Assembly (NCBI GenBank): GCA_964654465.1
Contig: CAZZIO010000018.1
Location: 1 to 64,000, forward strand
Direction of reading: 5' to 3'
DNA from: an uncultured Dictyoglomota bacterium
Lineage (GTDB): Bacteria; Dictyoglomota; Dictyoglomia; Dictyoglomales; Dictyoglomaceae
DNA length: 64,000 bases
Part shown: positions 27,638 through 38,292 of the stretch, one piece after another
Layout of the letters: each line of letters begins with the position of its first letter
How positions within the stretch are numbered: position 1 is the first letter of the stretch
The notes under the pieces: model-generated
The model's input: only the letters and a program-made list of their open reading frames with translations
What the model was told of the DNA's origin: nothing
Database searches by the model: none
Position numbers and translations under genes: made by a program

Positions 27638-28939
27638 CTAAGGATAAATTCTATATATCATCCTCGGGAATGGAATTGCTTCTCTTACATGTTTTAAACC
27701 GCATATCCATGCTACTGTTCTTTCTATACCAAGTCCAAAACCTGAATGAGGCACACTTCCATATCTCCTCAAATCTATATACCATTCAAAAGCTCCCTTT
27801 GGTAAATTATATTCTTTAATTTTCTCTTCTAATAATTTTAGATCATGTATTCTCTGACTTCCACCAATAATTTCTCCGTATCCTTCAGGAGCTAAAAGGT
27901 CATTATTTAAAACTTCATCGGGATTATATGGATCTGGTTGCATATAAAATGGTTTTATCTTAGCAGGATAATGATGAATAAATACTGGTTTATCAAATTG
28001 ATTTGAAATTATTGTCTCCTCATCACCACCAAAGTCATCTCCATATTCCACATTTAAACCATTATTTTTAAGAATTTCTATAGCCTCTCTATAAGTAATT
28101 CTTGGAAAAGGTGGTACTACATTTTCAAGAGGTTTTGTGTCTCTCTCTAATATTTCAAGCTCTCTTTTTCTTTTTTCCAAAACTCTCTGAACTATATAAC
28201 TAACCAAGTCTTCTTGTAATTTCATATTATCTTGCCAATCCCAATACGCCATCTCTGGTTCAACCATCCAGAATTCTGTAAGATGACGTCTTGTCTTTGA
28301 TTTTTCTGCTCTAAATGCTGGACCAAAACAATAAACTTTACCAAGTGCCATGCATGCAGCTTCCATGTAAAGTTGTCCACTTTGTGAAAGATAGGCTTTT
28401 CCAAGATCAAAATAATCAAGAGAAAATAATGTGGTTGTTCCTTCACAAGCGGAGGGTGTCAATATAGGGGCATCAACTAAAACAAACCCCTTGCTATCAA
28501 GAAAATCTCTTATAGCTTTAACTACTTCACTTCTTATTCTTAAAATAGCATTTTGCCTCCTTGATCTAATCCACAAATGTCTTCTTTCAAGAAGAAAATC
28601 TATAGAATGATCTTTCTTCTGTATTGGATATTCTTCAGAATAGGAAACCACATTTACTTTTTTCAACATCAACTCATAACCACCAGGAGCCCTTGGTTCT
28701 TTTTTCAAATCTCCAATCACAATTATGGATGACTCAATTGGAATTTTCTCAAAAAAATCAAGCTCTTCTTGATTAAAATTATCCAAAGTTGCTACACCTT
28801 GTATATAACCTGTACCATCTCTAATAATAAGAAAAACAACCTTACCACTTGATCTTTTATTAAATAACCACCCTCTTATTTCAATTTCTCCCTCTTGTAT
28901 CTTAGGAATATCTTCAATGTAAACCCAGGAAGCTGCCAT
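27638..28939 (-). CDS. asnS: Asparagine--tRNA ligase
   Basis: YLSQSGQLY, FRAEKSKTRRHL, GEIIGGSQR, PHSGFGLGIER. Confidence 0.95.
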   Translation of the reverse strand: MAASWVYIEDIPKIQEGEIEIRGWLFNKRSSGKVVFLIIRDGTGYIQGVATLDNFNQEELDFFEKIPIESSIIVIGDLKKEPRAPGGYELMLKKVNVVSYSEEYPIQKKDHSIDFLLERRHLWIRSRRQNAILRIRSEVVKAIRDFLDSKGFVLVDAPILTPSACEGTTTLFSLDYFDLGKAYLSQSGQLYMEAACMALGKVYCFGPAFRAEKSKTRRHLTEFWMVEPEMAYWDWQDNMKLQEDLVSYIVQRVLEKRKRELEILERDTKPLENVVPPFPRITYREAIEILKNNGLNVEYGDDFGGDEETIISNQFDKPVFIHHYPAKIKPFYMQPDPYNPDEVLNNDLLAPEGYGEIIGGSQRIHDLKLLEEKIKEYNLPKGAFEWYIDLRRYGSVPHSGFGLGIERTVAWICGLKHVREAIPFPRMIYRIYP

Positions 28940-28951
28940 AGCTTCATCCTC

Positions 28952-30232
28952 CTAATTTTTTTTAATTAAATCAAAAGCTCTTTTCTCAGCCTCATATATA
29001 ATCTTCTCTTCATCAAGAGTTTTCAATTCTCTCTTCTCCATTAAAATTCTACCATCAACAATAACAGTATCTACATCAAAAGCCCCAGCAGAATATACAA
29101 GATGAGATAAGAAATTATGACGAGGATAAAAATGTGGTTTGTTAATATCTACAAGGATTAAATCTGCCTTATATCCTTCCTTTATTACCCCAGAATCATG
29201 CCAGCCTAAAATCTCCATACCACTTTTTGTAGCCATAGTTATTGCATCCTTAGCTGGGATTGCTACTGGGTCTCTTTCATATCCTTTATGTAATATTGCA
29301 ACAAGCCTTATTTCCTCCCACATATCCAGATTATTATTACTAGCGGGGCCATCAGTACCAAGACCTACCTTAACTTTTTTCTCCAACATTCTTTTCACAG
29401 GAGCAATTCCAGAAGCAAGTTTAAGATTACTCTGTGGGTTATGAGCAACACCTACACCTTTTTGGGAAAGAATCTCTATCTCTTCATCATCTACAAAAAC
29501 ACAATGAGCAGCAAGAACTGGCACATTAAAAAGACCTATTCTATTCATCAAACGGACAGGAGTTAAACCATATATATTTTTAATATTCTCTACTTCTAAT
29601 ACTGTCTCCGAAAGATGAGTATGAATACCAACATTTAACTCAACAGCTTTATTTATTACTTTTTCCAAAAAAGAAGGTGGACAGGTATAAGGAGCATGAG
29701 GTGCAAGCATTACTTTTATCCTTCCATTCTCTTTATTATGCCAATTTCTTGCAAATTCTACTCCTCTATTTAGAATCTCATCCTCATCCCCAGCAATACC
29801 TATCATTCCGACTGAAAGAGAGGCTTTTATTCCACTCTCAGAAACTGCTTTTGCAACTTCATCCATAAAAAAATACATATCTGCAAAAGCAATGGTACCA
29901 GACTTTATCATCTCACAAAGTCCTAACAAACTTCCCCAATATACATCATCAGCTTGAAGTTTAGCCTCTTGTGGCCATATTTTTTCCTCTAACCACTCTT
30001 TCAATGGTAAATCATCTGCATAACCCCTAAAAAGAGTCATAGCAAGATGAGTATGTGTATTTACAAGTCCTGGCATAGCAATTTTATTTTTCCCATCAAT
30101 TTTATAATCAATATTTTCAAAATCTTTTTTATCAGAAATTTCCATAATCTTATCTTCTTCTATTAATATATTCTGATTTGATATTACTCTATCTTCTTGA
30201 AGAATATCCACATTCTCTATAAGAATTCTCAT
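28952..30232 (-). CDS. mtaD: 5'-methylthioadenosine/SAH deaminase (amidohydrolase)
   Basis: NTHTH, PHAPYT, HLSET, GTDGPASNN; adjacent to mtnA and mtnP. Confidence 0.85.
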   Translation of the reverse strand: MRILIENVDILQEDRVISNQNILIEEDKIMEISDKKDFENIDYKIDGKNKIAMPGLVNTHTHLAMTLFRGYADDLPLKEWLEEKIWPQEAKLQADDVYWGSLLGLCEMIKSGTIAFADMYFFMDEVAKAVSESGIKASLSVGMIGIAGDEDEILNRGVEFARNWHNKENGRIKVMLAPHAPYTCPPSFLEKVINKAVELNVGIHTHLSETVLEVENIKNIYGLTPVRLMNRIGLFNVPVLAAHCVFVDDEEIEILSQKGVGVAHNPQSNLKLASGIAPVKRMLEKKVKVGLGTDGPASNNNLDMWEEIRLVAILHKGYERDPVAIPAKDAITMATKSGMEILGWHDSGVIKEGYKADLILVDINKPHFYPRHNFLSHLVYSAGAFDVDTVIVDGRILMEKRELKTLDEEKIIYEAEKRAFDLIKKN

Positions 30233-31263
30233 TTGAATATTTCCTCCTTTATTTTTAAAATTTTCTCTTTAAAGGGAGGATAAATAACACCCTTATCAGT
30301 TATTATCCCTGTAATAAGTTCGGCAGGTGTTATATCAAAGGCAGGATTTAGAGCCTTTATCTCATCCGAGGTAATTTTCTTACCCATACACGTAAGGACT
30401 TCTTCAGAATCTCTTTCTTCTATAGGAATATCAGATCCATTTTCAATGCTAAGATCAAATGATGAAAAAGGTGCAGCTATATAAAAGGGAATATTATGAT
30501 AATTGGCAAGAATAGCTATCATGTATGTACCAATTTTATTTGCTGTATCTCCTCTTAAAGTAATTCTATCAGCCCCTACGATTACAATATTTACAAGACC
30601 CTTAGACATGACATAACCCACCGTATTATCAGTAATTAAAGTAGAAGGAATTTTCTCTTTATAAAGTTCCCATCCAGTAAGTCTTGCTCCCTGTAAAAGG
30701 GGACGAGTCTCAGTAAAATATACATGCTCTAACTTTCCCCATTTCCAAGCCTCTTTAATAACTCCAAGAGCAGTCCCAGGACCTATGGTAGCCAAGCTTC
30801 CAGTATTACAATGTGTCAGTATTCTTGCCTTTTCAGGTAATATTTCAGCACCATAATTAGATATAGCTTCGGATTTCTCTCTTTCCTCATTCTCTATTCT
30901 TTTAGCCTCTTCAAGAAGAAGGATCTTAATATCAGAAGGTGATAAATTCTTATTATTATTTAAAACATTTGCCATTCTATTTATAGCAAAAAACAAATTT
31001 ACAGCAGTTGGACGAGAGATGGCAAATTCACTCATTACCTCATTTAAATAATCCACAATATTGGAACCTGTGTACTTGATTGCAGCAAGAGCAATTCCAT
31101 AAGCAGTAGCAACCCCAATAGCAGGTGCTCCTCTTATTCTCATTTTCTTAATAGCATCAATCACTTGTTGATATTTAAAACACAAAATATAATCTTCTTT
31201 AAATGGGAGTTTAGATTGGTCAAGAATATATAGGACATTATTTTTCCACTCTATAATATTCAT
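30229..31263 (-). CDS. mtnA: Methylthioribose-1-phosphate isomerase
   Basis: IRGAPAIG, RPTAVNL, THCNTG, NKIGT. Confidence 0.95.
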   Translation of the reverse strand: MNIIEWKNNVLYILDQSKLPFKEDYILCFKYQQVIDAIKKMRIRGAPAIGVATAYGIALAAIKYTGSNIVDYLNEVMSEFAISRPTAVNLFFAINRMANVLNNNKNLSPSDIKILLLEEAKRIENEEREKSEAISNYGAEILPEKARILTHCNTGSLATIGPGTALGVIKEAWKWGKLEHVYFTETRPLLQGARLTGWELYKEKIPSTLITDNTVGYVMSKGLVNIVIVGADRITLRGDTANKIGTYMIAILANYHNIPFYIAAPFSSFDLSIENGSDIPIEERDSEEVLTCMGKKITSDEIKALNPAFDITPAELITGIITDKGVIYPPFKEKILKIKEEIFK

Positions 31264-32051
31264 AATATCCCCTTCTCCTTATACTCCTTTAATGCATCTT
31301 TACATATACATTTTCTTTCCTTAGGAATCTTAGGTATCGCTCTTGCAAATAATTTTCTTACTTTCTCTATATTCTCAGACATAACATCCAAAACCTCCTG
31401 ATGAGTCAAAGGAGAGGGAGATATACCTGCAGCATAATTAGTTACTAAGGAGACCGAAGCATAACACATCTCAAGCTCCCTCGCTAATATAACCTCAGGA
31501 ACATTGGTCATCCCAACTACATCACCAAAATAAGAAAACATTTTTATCTCCGCTGGGGTTTCAAAACGAGGTCCCTCTGTGCAAATATAGGTACCATAAT
31601 AATGGATTCTCAATCCTAATTCTTTTGCTGTTTTAAATAAAATCTCTCTCAATTCTGGACAATATGGTTGTGTAAAATCTATATGAAAGACTTTCCCATC
31701 ATCTCCATTAAAAAATGTATAATCTCTTTTCTTTGTAAAATCAATAAATTGATCAAGTATTACAAGATCCCCTGGCATAAGATCCATCTTCAGACTCCCC
31801 ACAGCAGTAGTTGAAAGAATCCTTTCTACCCCAAGACTTTTTAGAGCCCACATGTTAGCCTTGTAATTTATCCTATGAGGTGGAACTGAATGACCTGCTC
31901 CATGTCTTGCTAAAAAAGCTACTTCCTCTCCTTGATATATACCCTTTAATATCTTGGTATCCCCATAAGGGGTAGAAATTATAATCTCTTGAGGACTTTC
32001 CAAAAAGGCAGGATCATATACACCTGTACCCCCAATGATCGCTATTCTCAT
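31260..32051 (-). CDS. mtnP: Methylthioadenosine/methylthioinosine phosphorylase
   Basis: IIGGTG, RHG..H, EGPRFET, VGMT, VTNYAAG. Confidence 0.9.
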   Translation of the reverse strand: MRIAIIGGTGVYDPAFLESPQEIIISTPYGDTKILKGIYQGEEVAFLARHGAGHSVPPHRINYKANMWALKSLGVERILSTTAVGSLKMDLMPGDLVILDQFIDFTKKRDYTFFNGDDGKVFHIDFTQPYCPELREILFKTAKELGLRIHYYGTYICTEGPRFETPAEIKMFSYFGDVVGMTNVPEVILARELEMCYASVSLVTNYAAGISPSPLTHQEVLDVMSENIEKVRKLFARAIPKIPKERKCICKDALKEYKEKGIL

Positions 32052-32833
32052 TTAGTAACCTCCCTTTTTAATCTGAAAAAAATACCCTTTATATAATCTA
32101 TAAGATCATTGACAAGATCTATAAATGAAGTTCCTCTTGTACCTCTCTCAAGAGCACTATAAAAATAGCTTGCTACATCAAAAGTTGCTTCATCTATTTG
32201 CCTTTGGGTAATTTTTGAAACATCCGAGAAACCTTTTCCTCTTAAATAAGCTCTTTCAATATCACTATAATATTTAGACGCAATTTTTGCTCTTTCTATA
32301 ATATAACTCATAGGGTAAGAGATATATTTTAAAGACTTTGGTCTTTTAGGTTCAATTACTTCTGCATCTTTCTCATATTTACTGTGAAAGAGATTCTCTG
32401 TTTTGCTTGTTGCTGTATGAAGAGGTTGATTCAAATCAGCAATATAATGAGATAAAACTCCCAGTTGAAAAGCTATAAGTCGCCAAGGTTTTTTATCTTG
32501 AATTAATCTAATAATTTCTAAATATTTTTCTCTTACCTTTTCAGGACCTTTTCCTTTACTTCCATATACATGATAAATGTGGCTATCAAAATCCCTATAA
32601 ATTCTATCTGGGGCTGTACTTCCATCTATTATTTCATCAAAATATGGTGATAGTTTCTTTTGATACTCCTTTGGCAAAGCATAAAATGCTTCCTTTGCTA
32701 TCTTTTGATGAGTTTTACCTCCCCACCCCAAAATGGGGGTACTAAGAAGTAATATGATAAGAAAATATACGAATAATTTCTTATAACAGAATCTTCTCAT
32801 AACGGTAAATATTTTATCACAAAAATTAAGCAT
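32048..32833 (-). CDS. Secreted Zn-dependent phospholipase C / S1-P1 nuclease-fold protein
   Basis: Signal peptide followed by mature WGGKTH; APD; HYIADLNQPLH; HSKYE. Confidence 0.8.
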   Translation of the reverse strand: MLNFCDKIFTVMRRFCYKKLFVYFLIILLLSTPILGWGGKTHQKIAKEAFYALPKEYQKKLSPYFDEIIDGSTAPDRIYRDFDSHIYHVYGSKGKGPEKVREKYLEIIRLIQDKKPWRLIAFQLGVLSHYIADLNQPLHTATSKTENLFHSKYEKDAEVIEPKRPKSLKYISYPMSYIIERAKIASKYYSDIERAYLRGKGFSDVSKITQRQIDEATFDVASYFYSALERGTRGTSFIDLVNDLIDYIKGIFFRLKREVTK

Positions 32834-33926
32834 TATTTAATATCTCATCCAAAAACTCTTTAAATTCTTTTAAAAATCTATCTTTTGAAAATCTATATGC
32901 ATTTTTAACTATATTTTCAGTTTTGAAATTATCTCTTTCATTTATAAACCTAAAAATAGCTTTCTTTAAAGACTCCACATTCTGCTCATAGAAAAAGATA
33001 CCAGTTTCCCCCTCTATCACAGTCTCTAAAGCTCCTCCTTTTCCATAAGCAATTACAGGAGTTCCACTTGCTTGAGACTCGACAGGAACAATACCAAAAT
33101 CTTCTTCTGCTGGGAAAATTAAGGCTTGAGCTTTGGATAAATAATCCCTAACAATATGATCTTCTTGCCAACCTAAAATTCTAATATTTTCTTTAGCAAT
33201 TTTTTTTATTTTTGACATTTCCTCTCCATCCCCAATAACAACAAGAGGTAACTTTATCTCATTAAATACTTCCACCACTAAATCTACCTTCTTATAGGGA
33301 ACTAAACGTGACAGAACCAAAAAATAATCATCCTTATCTTTAGAAGGAGTAAATTTATCAATATCTACGGGAGGATATATAACTTTGGACTCTCTTTTAT
33401 ATATTTTCCTTATTCTCTTTGCCACATTTTTTGAATTTGCAATATAATAATCCACTCTATTTGAACTTAAAACATCCCACATCCTTAAATAATGGAAAAT
33501 TACTTTAACAAACAAACCCTTTATACCAGTAGCTACCTTATGATCTCTCAAATATGGAAAATAAAGATCCCAGATATATCTCATAGGAGTATGGCAATAA
33601 CAAACATGTGTCTGATGCGATTTAGTTATTACTCCTTTTGCCACACAATGGCTACTGGAAATCACTAACTCATATTTGCCAAGATCCAATTGCTCTATAG
33701 CTAAAGGCATTAGTGGAAGATAAAAAGAGTACTTTTTCTCGCCAAATGGCATATATTTTATAAAAGAAGCATAAACCTTATTTTTTATATTCAGTTTTTT
33801 CAAGGTTTCCTCAGAATACACTAAGGTAAAAATATCTGCATTAGGGAAAATCTCTAAGATGGCTTTTAATACTTTTTCAGCCCCTCCTATATTAACTATC
33901 CAATCATGAACTATTGCTACTTTCAT
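32826..33926 (-). CDS. Glycosyltransferase family 4
   Basis: VHDW..GGAE, RLVPYK, EDFGIVPVE. Confidence 0.9.
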   Translation of the reverse strand: MKVAIVHDWIVNIGGAEKVLKAILEIFPNADIFTLVYSEETLKKLNIKNKVYASFIKYMPFGEKKYSFYLPLMPLAIEQLDLGKYELVISSSHCVAKGVITKSHQTHVCYCHTPMRYIWDLYFPYLRDHKVATGIKGLFVKVIFHYLRMWDVLSSNRVDYYIANSKNVAKRIRKIYKRESKVIYPPVDIDKFTPSKDKDDYFLVLSRLVPYKKVDLVVEVFNEIKLPLVVIGDGEEMSKIKKIAKENIRILGWQEDHIVRDYLSKAQALIFPAEEDFGIVPVESQASGTPVIAYGKGGALETVIEGETGIFFYEQNVESLKKAIFRFINERDNFKTENIVKNAYRFSKDRFLKEFKEFLDEILNNA

Positions 33927-33937
33927 TTTCAAACCTT

Positions 33938-34585
33938 TTATACTTCTACAGGAAATAATACGGCTCTTACAGGTGATCCTTCTCCTCCTTCAATCTTTAA
34001 AGGAAGAGAAACAATAAAATATAGACCTTCCCTCACATTTAATAGGTTTAAACCTTCTATTATTCCTATTTCTTCCCTCAAAAGAGTCCTATGTACCTCT
34101 CTCCCTTCATCTCCTCTTGGTCCAATTGATAGATAATCGATTCCCACCGTCTTTATTCTTTTGCTTGCTAAATATTTAGCTGATTCAATAGATAATCCTA
34201 CATAATTATCATGAAATTTATTTTCTCTCAACAGATATGAATTCTTAGTTTTAAAAAGGATTATATCACCTTCTGCAATAGGCAAAGAAACGATGTCATC
34301 TAACATTATTTTCTCTTCATTTTTTATTAAAAAAACTTTAGCTAAACCCAAAAATTTATATATATCAATCCTATCAAGAGTCTTCCCATCCTCAAGAAAA
34401 TGATAAGGTGTATCAATATGAGTACCTGTATGAGAACCCATAACTATCTTTGATAAATTTGCATTTCTTCCTTCCGATATTTTTGATACCCATTCCCTTT
34501 GAAATTTAGGATCATTAGGCCAAAAAACCATATTTTCATTTATAAGTAAACTAACATCTATTGGTTTATCCCAAATAATTTTCAT
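33938..34585 (-). CDS. Cyclase family metal hydrolase (KynB-like)
   Basis: HTGTHIDTPYH, GIDYLS, GEGSPVRA. Confidence 0.9.
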   Translation of the reverse strand: MKIIWDKPIDVSLLINENMVFWPNDPKFQREWVSKISEGRNANLSKIVMGSHTGTHIDTPYHFLEDGKTLDRIDIYKFLGLAKVFLIKNEEKIMLDDIVSLPIAEGDIILFKTKNSYLLRENKFHDNYVGLSIESAKYLASKRIKTVGIDYLSIGPRGDEGREVHRTLLREEIGIIEGLNLLNVREGLYFIVSLPLKIEGGEGSPVRAVLFPVEV

Positions 34586-34686
34586 TATTAAACCCTCCTT
34601 TTTTAAGTATTATAACATCAATCTATAAGAAAAATATTCTCTGTCCGCATTGTAGAAAAACATATAAAGATTAAAGTAAAAGTAAA

Positions 34687-35223
34687 TTAAGGTAAGCAAT
34701 TTCCACAAGGCGAATATCCATTCTCTACAGCTTCATTTCGAGTTTTTAAAAAAGTTTGATTTTGAGGAGAAGGAAGAGTCCAACACCAAGGATAATGAAA
34801 TTTCTTTGTTCCTTTATTACCTACATAGAACTTGGGAGGATAGTAAAAGATTGTATATGCTTTTTCTTCATAAGCATAAAAAATTATGTGGGCATTTTTA
34901 AAATTATCATTCTTAAAAGCATTTCTGAAATAAGTTATATCTGATGTAAAGGTGTAATGCTTATCATTATAAGGACTAATAGGATATTCGAAAAATTTAG
35001 ATAAAAGATCTTGTAATTCGTTGAGATTTGGATATCTTCCATATTTTATAGCAAAAATCTCAATTTCTTTAGTTATCAATTGCATATTATTATGCTGGGT
35101 ATCTCTCTTCGCTTCTTCTATGGTATTAAAATATAGAGGTAATGCTAAAGAAACTAAAATAAATAAGATACTTATAACAATCAAAATTTCTAAAGAAGAA
35201 AAACCCCTCCTCACTTTCGTCAT
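34687..35223 (-). CDS. Type IV pilin-like protein with a C-terminal Ada-like Zn-binding domain
   Basis: RRG/FSSLE prepilin cleavage site and hydrophobic helix; C-terminal KKFHYPWC...GYSPCGNCLP. Confidence 0.8.
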   Translation of the reverse strand: MTKVRRGFSSLEILIVISILFILVSLALPLYFNTIEEAKRDTQHNNMQLITKEIEIFAIKYGRYPNLNELQDLLSKFFEYPISPYNDKHYTFTSDITYFRNAFKNDNFKNAHIIFYAYEEKAYTIFYYPPKFYVGNKGTKKFHYPWCWTLPSPQNQTFLKTRNEAVENGYSPCGNCLP

Positions 35224-35499
35224 GCCATTAATATCTAAAAAAGTATTTAAAATTTATATATTTAAAATAAATTATAACTCAAATTTAGTAAATTTTCAAA
35301 AATTAAAAGCAATTGACCTTTAGAAGGAGAAAAAATCATATTTTTTTATATTCTATTTGAGCACAACATCTTGCAGTATGTCTATACAACATTTGTACTT
35401 ACCCTAAATAAACATATCTAAAATCACTTGACCTAAATAAATTATGTGTAGTATCTTTAACATAGTTAAAATAAATTAAAAGAGAAAGGAAATTCATAT

Positions 35500-36069
35500 A
35501 TGGATTGGCTTAATGTATTTAAAGCAAAAGGAGCTTTTTTAGAAGGCCATTTTTTATTATCCTCAGGTCTCCATAGTCCAAATTATCTCCAATGTGCCCT
35601 CATACTCCAATATCCTGATTTATCAGAAAAGATCGCAAAAGAAATAGCAGAAAAAATACCTGAGTACTTAAAGATTGATGTAGTAGTTGGTCCTGCTCTC
35701 GGTGGAATTATAATTGCCTATGAGCTTGCAAGGGCGTTAAACGTAAGAGGAATATTTGCAGAAAGAGAAGAAGGTAAAATGACACTAAGAAGAGGCTTCA
35801 GTATCAAACCAGGAGAAAAAGTCTTAATCTGTGAAGATGTAGTTACTACAGGTGGTTCTGCGTTAGAGGTAGCAAATTTAATTAAAGAAAATGGAGGAGA
35901 GGTAGTTTCTTTTGCCTGTATTGTAGACAGAAGTGGAGGAAAGAATATTTTTGACAAACCTCTTTATTCTTTAATTCAATTAAAACTTGATACCTATAAA
36001 CCTGAAGAATGCCCCCTCTGTAAGGCAGGAATTCCCTTATTAAAACCAGGAAGCAGAGGACTAAAATAA
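35500..36069 (+). CDS. pyrE: Orotate phosphoribosyltransferase
   Basis: GHFLLSSG, EDVVTTGGS, KPGSR. Confidence 0.95.
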   Translation: MDWLNVFKAKGAFLEGHFLLSSGLHSPNYLQCALILQYPDLSEKIAKEIAEKIPEYLKIDVVVGPALGGIIIAYELARALNVRGIFAEREEGKMTLRRGFSIKPGEKVLICEDVVTTGGSALEVANLIKENGGEVVSFACIVDRSGGKNIFDKPLYSLIQLKLDTYKPEECPLCKAGIPLLKPGSRGLK

Positions 36070-36070
36070 A

Positions 36071-36100
36071 AAGGGGATAAGAGATTACTTCTATCCCCTT
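36071..36100 (+). terminator. Hairpin after pyrE
   Basis: AAGGGGATA...TATCCCCTT. Confidence 0.55.
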
Positions 36101-36720
36101 ATATTCTCAATATCATTATATTCCTTATAATAGTGTTTCCTTGAACTACTCCTGTAAAAATCACAATGTTGTAACTAATTCTCCAGCACCTCCCGTTACA
36201 AGATTCTTATATAATATCTTCATATCTTCCAGAAATATTTTTTGTTGCTTGGTGGAAAGTTTTATATTTTTCCCATTGAAACGCGCAAGTTTTATTCAAT
36301 AGAAGTATTACTTGCCCATATAGTTTTTTACAAACTTTTACTTTTTAAAGGTAGGAGGTAAAATTACTTAGGGATTAGATATTGTTCTCAAACTTGTTGA
36401 ATTTTTCAACTCAAGTATACTTTTAGTTTATATTGCACATAATCCAGATTTTGTTGAAACAAAGGATGAATTAAAATGGAATTTTAAATGATGACTGTCA
36501 ATACTATGAAAAACCTCAATGAAAAGTAGAAAGTTATATGGAGCAAGATACATACTCGTTAAAGTAGCAAAAAATATAGTTAGACATGCCCACTACTCTG
36601 TAAATGAAGAAGATATAAGATAATTATCTTTACCTATTAGTGATAAAAGACCTAATAATTAAAACATTCTGCCGTTTGAAAAAATTATAGTAATTTTTTT
36701 TAATGGACTTTTTTAAAAAT

Positions 36721-38292
36721 CTAACTTCCTGCTTCCAATAGTCTACTTACAACAAAATCTTTCGGCAAAGATATTAAGAAGTAACCAGCTCTTGGCCCTG
36801 ATGTTTGATTGAGAAAAGAAAGATATATAAGCTGAAAAGCTCTTTTTCCTTCTATTCCATGTTCTTGCGCTAAGTTATATATAAAGTTTTGGAGTTCATT
36901 ACCTTGCCAATCTTTTTCCTTTATTTTATTAGCCAAAATTCTTAAAAATTCCTTTTCCTTAGGAAGAAAGGTTTTAACTATTTCAGGTGTCTTTTCCTGT
37001 AATTTAAATTTCACCTGAGATGGTGCAAATTTTTCAAGCCAATTTTTTACATATTCAATCCTTTTTAATATCTCATCAAACTTACTAAGCTCACTTTCAT
37101 AACCGCTTCTTATAAGCATCTCTTTTAGAAGTTCATTATTTCCCAAGGATATTTGAGTTAATGTAATTATATGCCTGAGTGGTACTTGTGGCCCTATCTC
37201 TTTTGGAATCTCTCTTACCTGTGAAAGTTCATAAAGTCTCGCAATTTCAGCCCACTCTTCTTCCGTACCTTCTAATCGGTAATAAATTCTCTCCAATCTT
37301 TCATAATCCTCTGCTAAAAGAATATATCCATTTACTGGATCAAAATCTATATGCTTATCTGGTTTATATCTCAATATGAGATATCTTACCCATGAAGGGG
37401 GGAGGATTTCTAATATTTCATTAATAGAAATAGCTATCCCTTTTGAGCTTGACATAGCTCCTTTCCCTTTCAGATATATCCATTCATATACAAAGGGATA
37501 AGGAGGCTCATATCCAAATATCTCTTTCGTAATGACCTTTCCTGTATCATAAGAACCACCTGTAGTAGCATGATCTTTCCCAAAAGGTTCTACTGTAACT
37601 CCAAAAATCTTCCATCTACCCGGCCAATCAAGTCGCCAAGGAAGTTTTGCTTCTCCTTTGCTATAATCTGATACTCCTTGATGACCGCATTTACATTGAT
37701 ATTCCACTTGATGTTTTTTAGTATCATAGGAAATTATTTTTGTAGTAGCTAACCTTCCACATTTTTCACATTTTGGAAGGAGAGGAACAAAATCTTTCTC
37801 TAAATTTCTCCCTGCTATTTCATTAAGAATCTCTTTTATTTTTTGATTATTTTCCAAAGTTAAGTCAATAATCTCAGTATACAAGCCCTTTTTATAACTT
37901 TCGTGAGCCTTTATTACTTTTGGTTCAATACCTAATACTTTTATTGCTTCTAAAAATGGTTCTAAAAAGTGTTCTGCATAATTCTCATGACATCCTTCAG
38001 GATCAGGAATTTCAGATATGGGCTTTCCTACATGTTCAGCATAAGATTCTGGTAAGAAAGGATATACTTTTCTTAAAGGGTCAAATGTATCAGCTATATA
38101 AATAAAATCTACTTCTGAACCTTGATCCCTTAAAGCTCTTGAAAGGGCATCACCAGTTAAAATCTCCCTCAGGTTCCCAAGATGGATGGGACCTGAGGGA
38201 GTAATACCAGTTGCTACCACATTTTTATTACCTTTTAACTTAATTATTTCAGATGCTGCTATATCTGCCCAATGCGGGACTTTTTTTACCAT
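36721..38292 (-). CDS. lysS: Lysine--tRNA ligase, class I
   Basis: GITPSGPIHLGN, WRLDWPGRW, EPFGKDH, MSSSKG, SGPRAG. Confidence 0.95.
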   Translation of the reverse strand: MVKKVPHWADIAASEIIKLKGNKNVVATGITPSGPIHLGNLREILTGDALSRALRDQGSEVDFIYIADTFDPLRKVYPFLPESYAEHVGKPISEIPDPEGCHENYAEHFLEPFLEAIKVLGIEPKVIKAHESYKKGLYTEIIDLTLENNQKIKEILNEIAGRNLEKDFVPLLPKCEKCGRLATTKIISYDTKKHQVEYQCKCGHQGVSDYSKGEAKLPWRLDWPGRWKIFGVTVEPFGKDHATTGGSYDTGKVITKEIFGYEPPYPFVYEWIYLKGKGAMSSSKGIAISINEILEILPPSWVRYLILRYKPDKHIDFDPVNGYILLAEDYERLERIYYRLEGTEEEWAEIARLYELSQVREIPKEIGPQVPLRHIITLTQISLGNNELLKEMLIRSGYESELSKFDEILKRIEYVKNWLEKFAPSQVKFKLQEKTPEIVKTFLPKEKEFLRILANKIKEKDWQGNELQNFIYNLAQEHGIEGKRAFQLIYLSFLNQTSGPRAGYFLISLPKDFVVSRLLEAGS

